The notes under the pieces are model-generated. The model saw only the letters and a program-made list of their open reading frames with translations, made no database searches and was not told the DNA's origin. A program made the translations under genes and the position numbers. Below are positions 63,180 through 64,000 of a stretch of DNA of 64,000 nt, in pieces. Source of the stretch: Scyliorhinus canicula (taxonomy: Eukaryota); contig NC_052155.1 in assembly GCF_902713615.1 (NCBI RefSeq), positions 58,399,654-58,463,653 on the forward strand, read 5' to 3'. Numbering within the stretch: position 1 is the first letter of the stretch; every line of letters starts with the position of its first letter.

Positions 63180-64000
63180 ATTTATTGTCACATGTACCGA
63201 AACACAGTGAAAAGTATTTTTCTGCGGCCAAGGCAATGTACATCGTACGTACATAGGAGACAAAAAAGAATAATCAAGAGAGTATGTTGACAAATGGTAC
63301 ATTGACAAACTGATTGGTTACAGTGCAGTACAAGGGGCCAAACAAAGCAAATATATGAGCAAGTGCAGCACAGGGGTCGTGAATAGTGTTCTTACAGGGA
63401 ACAGATCAGTCTGAGTCATTGAGTCTAGTCGCTGTGGTGAAGAAGCTGTTCCTATGTCTGGATGTGCGGGTCTTCAGACTTCTGTAGCATCTGCCTGATG
63501 GAAGGGTCTGGAAGAAGGCAATGTCTGGGTGGGAGGGGTCTCTGACAATGCTGTCTGCCTTCCTGAGGCAGCAGAAGCTGTATACAGAATCAATGTGAGG
63601 GTGGCAAGCTTGTGTGATGCGTTGGGCTGAGTTCACTACACTCTGCAGTTTCTTGCGATCTTGGACCGAACAGTTGCCATACCAAGTTATGATGCAGCCG
63701 GATTGGATGCTCTCTATGGCACATCTGTAGAAGTTTGAGAGAGTCGATGTAGACTTGCCAAATTTCTTTACCTTCTGTAGGAAGTAGAGACGTTGTTGGG
63801 TTTTCTTGACTGTTGCATCAACGTGAGTGGACCAGGACAGAATGTTGATGATGGTGACCAACCAGGAACTTAAAACTATCGATCATCTCCACTTCGGAGC
63901 TATTGATGCAGATGTGCTATGCTACCTGAAGTCAATGATCAGTTCCTCGGTCTTTCCGACATTTAGAGAGAGGTTGTTTTCGGTACACCATGCAACCAAG
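63180..64000 (-). mobile_element. Rex1/Babar-like LINE 3' fragment
   Basis: KKTQQRLYFLQKVKKFG...NFYRCAIESI..GCIITWYGNC..DRKKLQ...LPSGRCYRS. Confidence 0.8.

Overview
Eukaryotic, repeat-dense vertebrate DNA. The SINE, CR1, RTE, L1 and Penelope families point to an elasmobranch (shark, probably a catshark; inference). The host genes are the 5' part of RAD54B (coding exons 30541-30666 and 37809-38004, + strand, with NRF1/E2F motifs just upstream) and the complete two-coding-exon FSBP gene (54477-54859 + 60261-60834; 318 aa; Myb/SANT-like) nested in the next RAD54B intron. A second promoter-like CpG patch with an RFX X-box lies at about 5.6-5.9 kb. Most of the rest is transposable elements, including a ~16 kb nested stack (RTE > Gypsy A > SINEs; RTE > CR1 > Gypsy B > L1), several solo LTRs, Harbinger-like MITEs, Penelope fold-backs and many tRNA-derived SINEs. 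The most interesting signals are four. (1) Gypsy A has no tRNA primer-binding site; the sequence at that position is a perfect 13-nt complement of its own LTR poly(A)-signal region, next to a U5 hairpin (candidate self-priming or poly(A) occlusion). (2) The FSBP leader has a long-range stem enclosing three AUGA-coupled mini-uORFs. (3) A Penelope-derived repeat carries a minimal hammerhead ribozyme motif. (4) One SINE body carries interchangeable tails with different insertion signatures. Repeat boundaries were read by eye and are approximate unless a TSD is quoted.
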